In this document: piece by piece, positions 1-11,960 of the stretch
How the letters are laid out: every line of letters begins with the position of its first letter
How positions within the stretch are numbered: the stretch's first letter is position 1
NCBI GenBank assembly: GCA_963575745.1
Contig: CAUYUJ010000002.1
Location: 2,294,001 to 2,358,000, forward strand
Source of the DNA: Prorocentrum cordatum
Lineage: Eukaryota
Length of the DNA stretch: 64,000 nucleotides
Direction: 5' to 3'
Made by a program: the position numbers and the translations under genes
The notes under the pieces: generated by a model
Told to the model about the DNA's origin: nothing
The model's database searches: none
Seen by the model: the letters and a program-made list of their open reading frames with translations, nothing else

Positions 1-109
1 CTTGGATCGTGCCAACACGCCATTTTTATGATTCCAACACAGAATCCATGGAACAGTTGCACCCGCATAATCTTGAATATTTCTACAACGCCATTTTTGG
101 TACGTTGAT

Positions 110-468
110 GATGGGAATCCGTCAAACTCGTGCAAATTTTGGAAACGAGTGTGCGCGGCGCTGAAGCGAGAGCCACATTTTGAAAAGGAGCAGCCCTCAA
201 TCCGCGAATTTCTTGCAACTTTAAAAAGCGAGTGTGCGCCGCGCAATGGCGAGAACCACAGTTTGAAAGGGAACCGCCCTCAATCCGTGAAACTCTTGCA
301 ATTTTCTAGAACGAATGTGCGCCGCGCTAAGGCGAGAGCCACATTTCGATAACTACTCGCCCTCAATCCGTGATTTATTGTAAGTTTTTTAAAAGCGAGT
401 GTGCGCCGCGCTAAGGCGAGAGCCACATCTCGAAAACGACCTGCCCTCAATATGTAAAGCTTTTGCAA
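110..468. repeat. ~83-84 bp tandem repeat (about 4 copies; a further copy resumes at ~1905-1965)
   Basis: Unit core cgagtgtgcgccgcgctaaggcgagagccaca...ccctcaatccgtga recurs at ~147, ~229, ~312, ~396 and again at ~1909. Confidence 0.85.
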
Positions 469-1904
469 TTTTTCCCAACCATCCTGTGGTGTTGGGTCTT
501 CGTTTTGAAGAGACGGTGCCCCGCGTTCCTCTCCTCTACTTCTCCTCCCTCCCCCTCCTCCCCCTCCTCCTTCCTCCATGCGTTTCACGTGGCCCCATAG
601 GGAGCCCCACCGAAGGTCCCACTGACACCGTCCGCATGCGTCCCGCACACCCAATACAGCATTTCGTGGCCCCCTCCTCCCTCGTCCCTGCGCTTCACCG
701 ACCCAGTACAGCGCTTCGTGGCCCCATAGGGAGCCCCACCGAGGGTCCCAGTGCTACCGTCCGCATGCGTCCCGCACACCCAGTACAGTGTTTCGTGGCC
801 CCCACCTCCCTCTTCCTTGCCTTTCACCCACCCAGTACAGCGCTTCGTGGCCCAATCGGGAGCCCCACCGAAGGTCCAACTGCTACCGTCCGCATGCGTC
901 CCGCACACCCAGTACAGCGCTTCGTGGCCCCATAGGGAGCCCCACCGAAAGTCTCACTGCTACCGTCCGCATGCGTCCCGCACACCCACTACAGCTCTGC
1001 GTGCCCGATAGGGAACTTTACCGAACCCCCCAGTGGGACAAGCCCGCATGCGTCCCGGAAACCCAGTACACCGCTTCGTGGCCCCATAGGGAGCTCCACC
1101 GAAGCCCCCAGGGGGACCGCCCGCATGCGCCCCGGAAACCCAATTCGGCAGTTTCACCCGCAGAGGACAGCGCTTCGTGGCCCCATATGGGAGCTCCACC
1201 GAAGCCCCCAGGGAGACCGCCCGCATGCGTCCCAGAAACCCAATTTGGGATTTCCACCTACCCAGTAAAGCGCTTCGTGGCCCTATCGCGTGCGTCCCGG
1301 AAGCCCAATTTGACTTTTTCAGCCACCCAGTACACCGCTTCGTGGCCCCATAGGGAGCTCCACCGAAGCCCCCAGGGGGACCGCCCGCATGCGCCCCGGA
1401 AACCCAATTTGGCAGTCTCACCCGCACAGTAGTGCGCTTCGTGGCCCCATCGGGAGCTCCACCGAAGCCTCCAGTGGGACCGCCCGCATGCGTCCCCGAA
1501 AACCAGTATGGCGTTTTCAGACACCCAGTACACCGTTTCGTGGCCCCAGAGGGAGCTCCACCGAAGCCCCCAGTGGGACCGTCCGCATGCGCCCCAGGAG
1601 CCCAATTTGGCGTTTTCGGCCACCCAATACAGCGCTTCGTGACCCGCTAGGGATCTCCACAGAAGCCCCCAGTGGGACCGCCCGCAGTTGTCCTGGACAC
1701 CAAATTTGGCATTTTCACCCACCCAGCACAGCGCTTCGCGGCCCCATAGGGAGCTCCACCGACGGCTCCAATGCTACCGCCCGCATGGGTCCCCAACACC
1801 CAGCGCAGCGCTTCGTGGTCCCATTGGGGAGCTTCACCGAAGAAGAGATTCACAATCGTGGTACCCACAATTGCATATGGTTGGATCCTTCGCCAGGATA
1901 ATTT
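469..1904 (+). mobile_element. Non-autonomous Helentron/DINE-1-like element, family A, with internal satellite
   Basis: Order: T-run, sub-terminal cccaaccat, partial inverted gttggg, CT-rich tract, tandem repeats, atggttgga, short stem-loop tcct-tcgcc-agga, T-run. It interrupts the 83-bp array, which resumes after 1904. Both termini match the reverse complement of the copies at 22081, 25133 and 28499. Confidence 0.7.
585..1840 (+). repeat. Irregular satellite (units ~75-130 bp) inside the family A element
   Basis: Repeated gcttcgtggccccatagggagctccaccgaag...ccgcatgcgtccc; related to the reverse complement of the 90-bp satellite at 22-30 kb. Confidence 0.9.
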
Positions 1905-2203
1905 GAAACGAGTGTGCGCCGCGCCAAGGCGAGAGCCACATGTTGAAAACGACCCGCCCTCCATCTTTGATACATTGCCAAGTTTCAAGGTTCAGAGTCA
2001 CAAGTGGTAAAGAAATATCAGGTGGAACTCCCGGCGCGCCCTGAGAATTGGCCCCAGATGCGACAGAGACCAGTTTTTATATGGAAAAGGAATGGAGGAG
2101 GAGGAGGAGGAGGAGGAGGAGGAGGAGGAGGGTGAGGGTGAGGGCAGTAGGGAACGCGCCAGTCGCGCCGACGCGCCCCGCCCGCGGCGCCCGCGCCCCC
2201 CGC

Positions 2204-5200
2204 TCAGCGGTCGCCGCCCTCGGCGGCCCGCGGAGCTCGGGGCAGGCTCAGCGCGGCGGCGTCGGCCCGCGCCCGCTTGGCTGGCGGACCGCCAGCGGGC
2301 GCCCAGCGGGTGGCCGACGGCGGCCAGCTGCAGGGGCGGGGGCCACGGCCCGCGGGCGCAGCAGCCGCCGCACGGCGCTGCCGCTTCGCCTCCTGGCCGA
2401 ACTCGTCCTCCATGACGGCGCCGCTGCGGCCGCGAGCAGCTCGAAGAAGGATGGCGACCTTGTCGCTGAGGCTCGCATCCGCAGGAAGACCACGGGGAGG
2501 CGAGGGCGGCTCCGCGCCCGTGGCGCTCCTCGCCTCCCTTTCACACTCTCCTGCCCCGCAATTTATCACAGGGCGCGGGCAACTGTCTGACCCAGCCGAA
2601 GGACCTGCGGGCGCCGCTCCCAGCGGGACTGGCTCCCCCAGGTCTGCCGCCCCGAGGACCGAGTCGCCCAGCGCGTCCCCGATCGCGTCGTCCCGTGCGG
2701 AGTGGGCCTCAACACAGGTGGCGTCGCCCAGCACCTCGCACCCCATCACAGTGTCGGCGAGGGCCTTTGGCGAGAGCCGCTTCGGGATCAGCGGTTCGCA
2801 CGGAGCTAGGCCGTTCTCCCTCACGGATCGACCCGCAGCACCAGCGCCTTCACGCATCTCCTCCCCGATCGTGTCGTCCAGCTCGTGGTGACCCACCTCG
2901 CCCAGCGCACCTTCGGCCCCAGTGCCCCGCGCACGGGGGGCAGCTGACCCCTCCAGGTCTGCCGTCACGACCGAGTCGCTCTTCACAACAACGCCCTGCT
3001 CGACGTCGGTGGCGCGGGGCCTTGGCGAGAGCCGCTTTGGGATCAGCGGTTCGCACGAGGTTAGGCCGATCTCCCGCACGGATCGACCCGCAGCACCCAC
3101 GCCTCCACGGACAGCATCACCACTCATGGCGTCGTCCAGCAGGTGGTGGACCACCCCGTCCAGCATGTCATCGGCATCCATGTTCATCGCATGAGGAGCG
3201 GCTGGCCCCTCCATGACTGCTGCCTCGAAGACCGAGTCGCTCGTCACAACAACCTCCTGCTCTGCGTCGACGGCGTGGGGCCTTGGCGAGAGCCGCTCTG
3301 GGATCAGCGCTTCGCACGAGGTTAGGCCGATCTCCCGCACGGATCGACCCGCAGCGCCCACGCCTCCACGAAGAGCATCTCCATCCGCGTCGTCCGTCAC
3401 GTAGCGGGCCACCTCGTCTGGCTCGCGGTAGGCCTCCGCGACCAGCGCAGGGGGGGCCAGGCCTCGTCGTTCTGCGGCCCGTGCAGCAGCTCGTGCAGCA
3501 CGGCGTCGACGAGCCAGCAGCCCCGGGCCTATCACCAGCTCGGCCTCCTTCCTCACGAACCTGCGCTGTCCACTGACCTTCGGCCACAGGCCACGCGCCA
3601 GCCGCTGGAGGTAATCGCGACCAGCCCGCGAGGGGCGACCCAGGCATCTGGCCCGCAGGCCTAGGCCCACCATGCGACCCGCAGCGGCCACGAAGCACCC
3701 GCAGCAGACGCAGAACCACACGTCCAGGCGCTCGTGGAGTCGTAGAAAATGGGAAGCATGCGGCCGACCTCCTCCGATATGCGGGGGGGGGGCCCTCCCG
3801 CAGCATGAGTGCGGAGGGCCCATCGCGCAGCAACCCTGGACAGCGAGATGCCATCCACTGCGATCGCACGGAGCGGGAGGCCGAACACCTGCATCTCAAG
3901 CAGCTGCCTCGGCTGTCCAACGCGTGCGACGAGCCGAAGGCCTCCACCATGCTGGGCGCAGGAGGGGCCTGCCGCCGTCGCCTCGCACGTCGCACCGATG
4001 GCGTGAACTCGGCCTCGGCGCTCAGCGCGTCCAAGGTGGCCCGCAGCAGGCGCCGTCTGACCACCAGCGCCATCTGCTCGGCCTGGAGCACCCGCCCTCT
4101 CTCGGTGGCAGGGAGACGGGCCAGCTCAGCGGCTTCACCTGCGAGGACGTCGGCGACCGCATTGCCCATGATCAGCCATGGCGGGAGGCCACGCCGCGCG
4201 GCCTCGTCCATGTCCAGGTGCGATTTCACGTCCCCCACGACGAACTCCGACCTGTCCCTCGCCAGGAAGAGCTGGCCCAGCAGGGCCCACAGGTCGCAGT
4301 CAACACCCTGCGGCCGCTGATCGCGTCTGCTCCACCAGCCCATGCAGACTGCCAGGTTGTCGGAGACGTAGACCGTCGGCCCCAGGGAACCCTGCGCAGC
4401 AAGTACCAGCGCACGTAGCTCCCCGCGGTGCACGGTCTGCACGGGGCCGCTGAGGCTGCCCCAGACGGCCTTCTCCAACGTGCCGTTGAGCAGCTGGATC
4501 TTGGCCACGGCGAGCCCGACCCGCCGAAGATGTGGCACCTGCCCTTCACGTCCCCCGCTGGCGTCGCCGAACAGGATGAGGGGGTCGAGCTCGGAGCCAC
4601 GACCAAACTCACCAGGGGCAACACCATCTGCACGATGGCCCTGCAAGAAGATCCACGAGTCGCCGTCGGGTGGGGCGCTGACCTCCGTCCATCTGGCAGG
4701 GAGGAGGCCACTGAGCCAGAAGGCGGCGTGCGCCTCATGGTCGGTGGCCGCTCGGCCGCTGAACCCGTCGCTGTCGTCATACGCTTTGCTGCCCGTATTG
4801 CCCGGGCAGCCCCAGTACCTTGGGTAGGCAGTCTCCTCAGCTTCTCCACAGCGCGGGCACGTCAAGAGCTCAGTGTCACCGAAGACCTCCCTCTTTCTGG
4901 CTCGCGGCCACGCGCCTCCGACAGCGATGGCGGCGAGCAGCTCCTCAAGCGCAGGCCCTCCAGGGAGCCGCCTGAGCCTCTGAAGGAGGCTCTGCAGGGA
5001 ACGCGGGTCAGCTCCTCCTTCCAAGCCAGCTCCGCACCAGTGACTTGCCGCGCGCTGCCACAGGTCCTCCTGGACTGAGGCGTCGAAGGCGTCGAGGATG
5101 GCCTGACAGGAGCCCTCGGTGATGCTGACTGCGACGGGAAAAGCCCACCTTTCACGAGAACCAGCCTGAAGGTGTCGCCCCCAACCTCGAGGACCCACAG

Positions 5201-5420
5201 GACACCAGCCGCGCTGCAGCAGCATGGCCTGCAGGGCGGAGATGGGGCCACGCACCAGCCTCGACCTCTCCTCGGGAGGGGCTTCGCGCAGCCTGGCATG
5301 GATGGGGATCCAGGCGCGCTCAGCCCGCTGACGTACCTCCTGGCTGCCTCTCCACGCCTCGAACCAGTTCTTGAGGGGCGCCCGAGGGAGGCGCCGTGCA
5401 GGGTCAAGGGCCCCCGCGCG
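2204..5420 (-). mobile_element. 5'-truncated LINE: Zn-binding motif, RNase H, Cys/His-rich C-terminus and repeated tail
   Basis: ORF 3168..5489 contains CPRCGEAEETAYPRYWGC, then RNase H motifs LFGDASGG / QTVHRGELRAL / YVSDN / VKSH / GNAVADVLA (~4130-4580), then CLRCRC. A frameshift leads into ORF 2204..3823 with HASHFL..WFCVCCGC. Confidence 0.8.
2760..3400 (-). repeat. In-frame 255/261 bp tandem repeat (3 copies; 85-87 aa)
   Basis: ggcgagagccgc..gggatcagcg at 2769, 3024 and 3285; the peptide GAAGRSVREIGLTSCEPLIPKRLSP occurs three times in ORF 2204..3823. Confidence 0.85.
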
Positions 5421-5468
5421 GAGGAGGAGGAGGAGGAGGAGAAGGGGGCGGAGGGAGGAGGGGGGAGT

Positions 5469-5490
5469 TCCGTTGCCAATTTGGCGCAAG
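5469..5490 (+). other. Full-length relic of the dinoflagellate spliced leader
   Basis: tccgttgccaatttggcgcaag matches DCCGTAGCCATTTTGGCTCAAG at 19/22 positions without gaps, at the 5' end of a LINE. Confidence 0.8.
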
Positions 5491-5634
5491 TCCGCAGCAT
5501 CGGCCCAGGAATTTGAGATTCTGGCAGGGGGGATCTTGCGGCCCCCACCGCGTCACTGGCGGTTCCCGCCAGTGTTCTCACACCACGTTCAGTTTATTGT
5601 ACCCGCCTGTCCCCTGCGTTACGGTTCTTCGCAA

Positions 5635-6900
5635 ATGGTGCCTCATCCCTCCTTCGCTCTCGCGCCTTGGGCTCGCCACTCGGAGGAAGAGGAACTGTGG
5701 AAGTACTGAGGTGCAGGTAAGAAAGGCAAGCAGTTCAAGGGCCTCGTGTGTTCAGGCTGTGGCAAGAAGAAGAACCAGTTGGGTGCGCAGTGGTGCTATC
5801 ATTGCCATGCCCCGCTGCCGCAGCTGTCTCCTGCTCGTTCTCCTGTGGCTCAAGGTGTTTGGGCTCCTCGGCGCCGTGGGCCCCCGGGCTGGTTCATGCT
5901 CGGGGGAGGAAACGCAGGCCGCGGGGGCAAACCTTCGGAAGGTGTTGGCGGAGGCGCAGGTGGCGGTGCGTCCATGTCCAACGGCAAGGGCAGGGGCGAC
6001 GGGCAGCCTGTGCTTGGCGGTGCGCCGCAGGGCTTGGGAATTGATGGAGGATCTGGCGTTCGTCTCCCCGCGGGTCCCGTCCCCAACATCACAGTCGCGG
6101 AAGCCCAGGAGTTGGCTCGCCTTTGTGAGAAGGCAGGAGACTCCCGAGGTTCGCACTGGTACAACCATGTCGCGAAGGGCATGGCTGCTGCTGAAAGTAT
6201 GTCCAAGCACGTGACTTCGCTTCACCAAGCGGCCCAGCAGCAGCATAGTCAGGTGCGCAAGCTGGAGAAGCAGCTCGAGACGGACGTGGCTCGCTTGCTG
6301 CGCCTTCAGACCGAACTCTCGGAGCAGGCTGCGAAGGTTCAGAGTGCGAAGTTGGATTTCGAGAGGGCCGACAAGGAGTGCAAAGATGCTGTGCAGAAAC
6401 TGGCCGAGGATTCGAAGGTCAGCACTCAGCCCGAGCAGTCTCCCACGATTCGGCTCGAGGATCTCCTCGCAGGGAAGGCGGATGTGCCGTCGCTCATCAA
6501 CTGCGACGTCCTCGGGGACTTGGACGAGGAGCTGGAGCTGTCGGCCGAGGAGAAAGCAGAAGTGGCCTCTCGTTCAGCGGCCCCCTCTCAGGGGCTCTCG
6601 GACATGGCTAGGAAGCTCTTCGCACAGGCGGTCGAGCATGCCAAGCCGGCGCAGGCGGCGCACGAGGCGCAGAAGGCCAAGTTGGCTGGCAAGAGGCGCA
6701 AGCGCAATGACGGAGAGGTTGTTGCTGGCGTTGCCGATCAGAGCCAGAGCGGAGCAGCTGGCAGTCCACCCCCTTCCCCAGGGGCGGCCTCGGCGTCTTC
6801 ATTTTCGCCAGGGGCCTCTGGCGAGGCTGTCGCCGCGGGAGAAGATTTTCGCGAGCGAGCGGCGGCCGCGCTGCAAGCCTCGTCGGCTTCGCCAGGCGAC
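5635..6900 (+). pseudogene. LINE ORF1-like protein (Cys4 finger, Gly-rich stretch, coiled coil)
   Basis: CSGCGKKKNQLGAQWCYHCH; heptad-like QVRKLEKQLETDVARLLRLQTELSEQ; in-frame stop at 5707-5709; disrupted by a C/A/(CA)n tract after 6900. Confidence 0.6.
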
Positions 6901-6920
6901 GCCCCCCCCCAAAAAAAAAA

Positions 6921-7162
<242 letters not shown>

Positions 7163-7469
7163 CTCTCAGCTGCGCGTGTGGGGGGGGGGGGGGGGCATTC
7201 TTGCGAGAGCGGCAGCTATTTGCGCCCCTGCCGCGCCCCGTTAGATTTGTTTGTGCCCCGAGCCTCGGCGATCGATTCGAAGGCCAAGCTCTCGGGAATC
7301 AGGTTGTTCAAGCGTTTTTTGCATGAGGTTCCAGGGGCCGCCACCCCCAGTCAACAGTCTTGGCCAGCCCCCCCCCCCCCCCCCCCCCCTTGAGCCACCT
7401 GAAGTGCTTGCCCGCGCCCCTGAGCCTGAACCCGAGGAGCCCCCTCTTCCTTGCGAAGGGTCCTTTGAG

Positions 7470-10400
7470 TTTCAGTTGCGGGTTGTCACTGTCAATGCCA
7501 GCTTCTGGGGCGTGGCTAGCAAGTTTCTGCAAGAGACCTCTGCCCATGTGGTCTTGGTTCAAGAACATCGCCTTAGGGATCTGGATGCTTTGGCGAGCAA
7601 GTCTCAGATTTGTAAAGCTCTGGGATTTCGGATCATTTCGGCCCCATGACTTCTTGGAGAGGGAGGAGGTGCTAGCTCTGAAGTTCCCCTGGCGGTGCGA
7701 GAAAGGGCCCGGGCCCTCCACGGCCGAGCAAGTGGTCCTGGCCGAGGGCAGAGCTGCCGCAGGCTTGCTGCATGCGCCTGGACGCTCGCCCTTCGCCCTC
7801 GCCTCCATCTACCCGCACCGCCCCCAGGGGCATTCGGATTGCAATATGGAGGCTCTTCGCAGCATAGGTTGTTGTTTTTTCCAGGGGCAATGTTGTGATT
7901 TCGCTGCGGGGGGAGACTTCAATTTCGGCCCCCGTACCCTGGGCCAAACGAATTTTGCCGTGCTCTTGAGAGGCGCGACCGCGGCGGCCTCGGGCCACGC
8001 GCACTTCCCTTCGGGGGGTGCCCGCCCTGACACGTCTGATGTTCTTGTTTGCTCGGCGGCGCCCAGCCACTGCACGCAGGAGGTCCGCGTCGCCGCAGAG
8101 TCGGACCTCGGCCCTCGCAAGCCGGTGGAGATCACATTTTTCACAGATCCCTGGCTGCCCTTAAGGCCCCCGCCTTCCGCCGCCCCCCTGATCTCCCGTC
8201 GCGGCCCCCTGTTGGGCCTCGGCCTTGTCCTGGGGGCTGGCCTGCGGCGTTGGAGTGTTCTAGGGGGGCGCAACGAGCGGCCCTTGAGGGTGACTTGGAA
8301 GCTGCGCGCAGCCCCCTCACCCCTGGTTACCGCCTTTGGGCCAAACGGGCCGAAAGAGATTTGAGTCGGATTTGCGACCCCCCCCCCCCGCCCTTGGCAC
8401 GAGTGGCAAGCGCCCCCCGCTCGTCTGGAAGTCGGTTCTCAAACCTTGGGGGCATGGTCAAAGATCCCCGCCTCAGATCCATCAGCTGGCCGGCGTCGCA
8501 GCTTCGCGCCCTGAGTTGGTGTTTCGCGGAAGAAGGAGCAGATATTCTATGTGAGAGTTGCGGCGTTGCCCGCTGCCTTCAGCGAGCCGCCCGACGTCGC
8601 AGCGGCACCGCTGTTTCCAGGCGAGTGCGAGCTTAGCTTCTCGGTTCCTCGCCTCTTCGCCCCCATGCTTTGTCCCGCGCGGTGTTGAAGAATATGGGTT
8701 TAGACCGCTCGGGCTGGATGTCGACCAGGAGCTCGATCGCGCTGAACGCTCGCCCCTGCGCTCGGAGATTGTTTCGCTCCTGGAGGAGGTCGATCAGCCC
8801 CGCGAGCAGGCTAAGGTGGATGCGACTGCTAAGGCCGGAGCTAAGTGGAAGGAGTGGATCACGGAGGGTCTGAATGGAGGAGCTCGGAACGCTCAGGTGG
8901 CCATCCGTGACCCCCCGCAGTGGACTTCCACCACCACGCTTCCGGCTGGGGGAGTTGCGCTGGTTGATCCTCTTTCCCCGCCCAAGGAAGAGGCTGGCAA
9001 GTTTGTTTCTACCTGGGGGGGGGCAAGGATTAGCATGGACGACTCGTCGGTGCAGCCCCTTCCTGTGCTGAACCCTGACCAGATCAGGGCTGCGTCCAAG
9101 AAGTACCGTCCTTCCAGTGTTGTGAGTGTGGATGGCTTCCACTGCAGGCACTTTGCGCTGTTGTGTGACGACGCCTTGGAGTGCCTGGGTTTGTGGTTCG
9201 GAGTTATGGGAATCACGGGATCGCTGCCGAGGCAGTTTTCCCGGGTCCTGATGGCGCTCCTCGGGAAGGCCCAGGGCGGGTTTCGGCCGATTGGCGTTTT
9301 TTTCGAGCTGGCACCGCCTCTGGGAACGGGCCAGACGTCACTTTGCGCAGACATGGGAGGCGGACCAACCTCGTGAATACTGGGCTGCGGGCGCTTACCG
9401 AGGAGCGTCTGACGCCGTGTGGCGCCAGGCCTTTCGGGCCGAAGCTGGCACATCGAGGGGCGATGTGAGTGCGTCTATAGTTTGGGATCATCGGAAGTAC
9501 TATGAGCACATTGATTTAGGCTACCTTTTCGGCATATGAAAGCAGCGCGGTTTTCCCTTCGGTATCGCGCGTCTTGCGATCAGTGCCTATTCCGGGGCCG
9601 GGTATGTTTCGTTTGGAGGTATTGTGCAGGGCCCGTTGCTTGCCGCGCGCGGGCCTGTGGCGGGCTGTCCTTTCGCCACGGGCCTCATCAGAGTCTTCGC
9701 CATGGATTGTTTTGATCAGCGGCCTCGTCCTCCACGCTTGGACTTCGATGCCAATGTGGACGACGTGAGTCTCAGCTGCCATGGCACAGCCAGTTGCGTG
9801 CTCCGATCCCTGGTGGATGGAGCCCGTGCCTTGTGCAAGGGGACCACGACAGTTCTTTAATGTAAGCTGGTCATGGAAAAGATAGGCACGGCGTCTTCGT
9901 CCAAGGTTGTCGCCCCCCAGCTCGCCCAGAAACTTGGCCCCCTCGTGGGCGCGCAAGGGGGCGCTGGGAGAGTAACCAATTTGGGCGCTGATCACGCTGC
10001 GGGCAGAGCGCCTCGAGCGCCAGGCAGAGGCCGAGCGGCCAAGCTGAAGTCCAGGACCGCCGCCGCTCTTCGCAAGTCTAAGCGCCTGGGCAAAATCAAG
10101 GAGGCTCCAGGCAGGAAGTCGCTGAAAGTGCCCGCCGCGGGCCCTCCTGGCGGGGGGCGCCCACGGCTCGAACATTATTGGCGTATCTGACCGAGAGCCC
10201 CCGACGTTGCGCAGAGCCGCCATGTCTAGTATGAGGCCAAGGGCCCAAGGCAGATCTCTTGCTGTGCTCAGCCTGCTCGAGAAGGACCCGTGCTGGAGAG
10301 TCAGTGCCGCACCGATTCTGAGGTATGCGAGGGAAGTCTGGCTGCGCCGCACGAGGGCCTTCCGTTGGAGTCTGTCGTGGGCGGAGCTTCGCGAGGGATG

Positions 10401-11960
10401 GGCCCCGGTTTTTCACCGCGATGACCTCTCCTGGCCAAGGTCGGGGGGGCCCTGTCGGCCCTCCGAATGCGTTCGTATAGGTTAGGCTGGACCATGCCCG
10501 ACTCCACACGTCGTTCAAAGACGATTTCGGCAGGGATATCTTTATGACGCTCATATCTCCGTCTCTCAAGGTCCTCTGTAGGGAAGCGGTTTTCAGAAAC
10601 CTTGAGCTGGAGTCAGGTGAACGCTATGGGGTGGGGCATAGATTGTGCTGGGATGTTGTGAAGCAGCAGTTTGGATCTTCGAATATCTAGGGCAAGTCCA
10701 AAGCTTGCATGCGCGCGCTTGCCACCGACGCTTTCTGGACTGGTGGTGATGCAGTGCGAGCAGGCTATGCAGTCTCGGACCGCTGCCCGCTATGTCAAGA
10801 TGTGCTGGGCACTCTGCATCACCGCCTGTATGCGCGCCCTGCAGCTGCGAAGGAGCGCAAAGAAGTTTTGCCAGACTGGCTAGTCTCTGCCGCATGTGAA
10901 GTGGATGACCCTGATTACGACAGAGTTCTCTTTCGGCATGGGGCGTTTCGTCATCATGGTGACCGTCTGCCTCCCCCTCTGAGCGATGGTGGTGTCTCTC
11001 TCGCGTGGGAAGCTCAGGGCCTGCCTCCTCCTCCTCCTCCTGCCTGTGGCTCTGAAAGAGTAGCTCCAGAGGACTCCATGTGGGGCTATATATATTTTTA
11101 TGGGTGGTTCTTGTCATCGGGACGATGTCAAGGAGTTGTCTCGGGCAGGCTGGGCCGTAGTTTCGATGGGGAAAGGTGGCGAGCCCCTGGGCACCCTCGA
11201 AGGCCCCCTTTGGGTTCCGTATCCCCAGACCCCGCAAGCTGCTGAATTTGCGGTTTTCGCATGGTCGGGGGCCTGCGCTTCAGCGCCGTCCATTGGGTTT
11301 TCTGATTGTCAGAATGTTGTGGAGCGTGTCGCTCTGGGTGCGAAGAGGCAGTGCAGTGGTCTCGTCCTGCAGGGCTCTTTCGAATACGGCCCCCACCTCC
11401 GTGCCCTGTTTTTCGTGTCGGCCCACCGTCGTTTGGACGAGGATGGGATTTCCGCCGAAGAAAGGTTTCGCAGGTTGGGGAACTGTCACGCGGATCTGGC
11501 GGCGAAGGAGGCCTCCTGCCGCTTTGGCCTAAATTGGAGTCCCGAGGTTTGCCCAGATCCTTCCCGTCACTTCCTGAAGCTCCCCCCTCCTTGGAAGTCG
11601 GGCACCTCTGGGGCAAGGTCGGTGGTCTCTGGCAGTGTAGCGTTTGTCTGAGAGGCTCTCGGAGCAAGGCCCCTCCTTTTGGGAATTGCCTAGGGCGTTC
11701 GAGGCTGGATCAGGGTGTGTTGCTCCGTCTTGGGCACAAGGTCGTGGCGTTTCCCTGTTCGGACCAGTATCCGTATCATATATGTGTGTGTCTGTCCTGC
11801 AAGGTTTACAGTTCTGGCTCGCAGGTCATCAAATTTGGGCAAGGCGCGTGGCAAGGTTTCTGTCACGTCTGGTCGTAACATGAAGCGGCTGAAAGCTGGC
11901 CGCCACCCCGACAAAGATCATGTTTCAGTCGACCTGGACGATTTTGTCTCCTTGCTCTAG
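7470..11960 (+). pseudogene. LINE ORF2: APE endonuclease, reverse transcriptase, RNase H (frameshifted)
   Basis: APE: LRVVTVNAS..VVLVQEHRL, AGGDFNF. RT: LLGKAQGGFRPIG, DHRKYYEHID, GPVAGCPFAT, ANVDD. RNase H: GGSC..RAGWAVV, QTPQAAEF, SDCQNVV, VSAH, GNCHADLAAK. Confidence 0.85.

Noticed and set aside
5845..5855. tggctcaag as an SL relic
   Set aside because: A 9-nt match inside ORF1, expected by chance.
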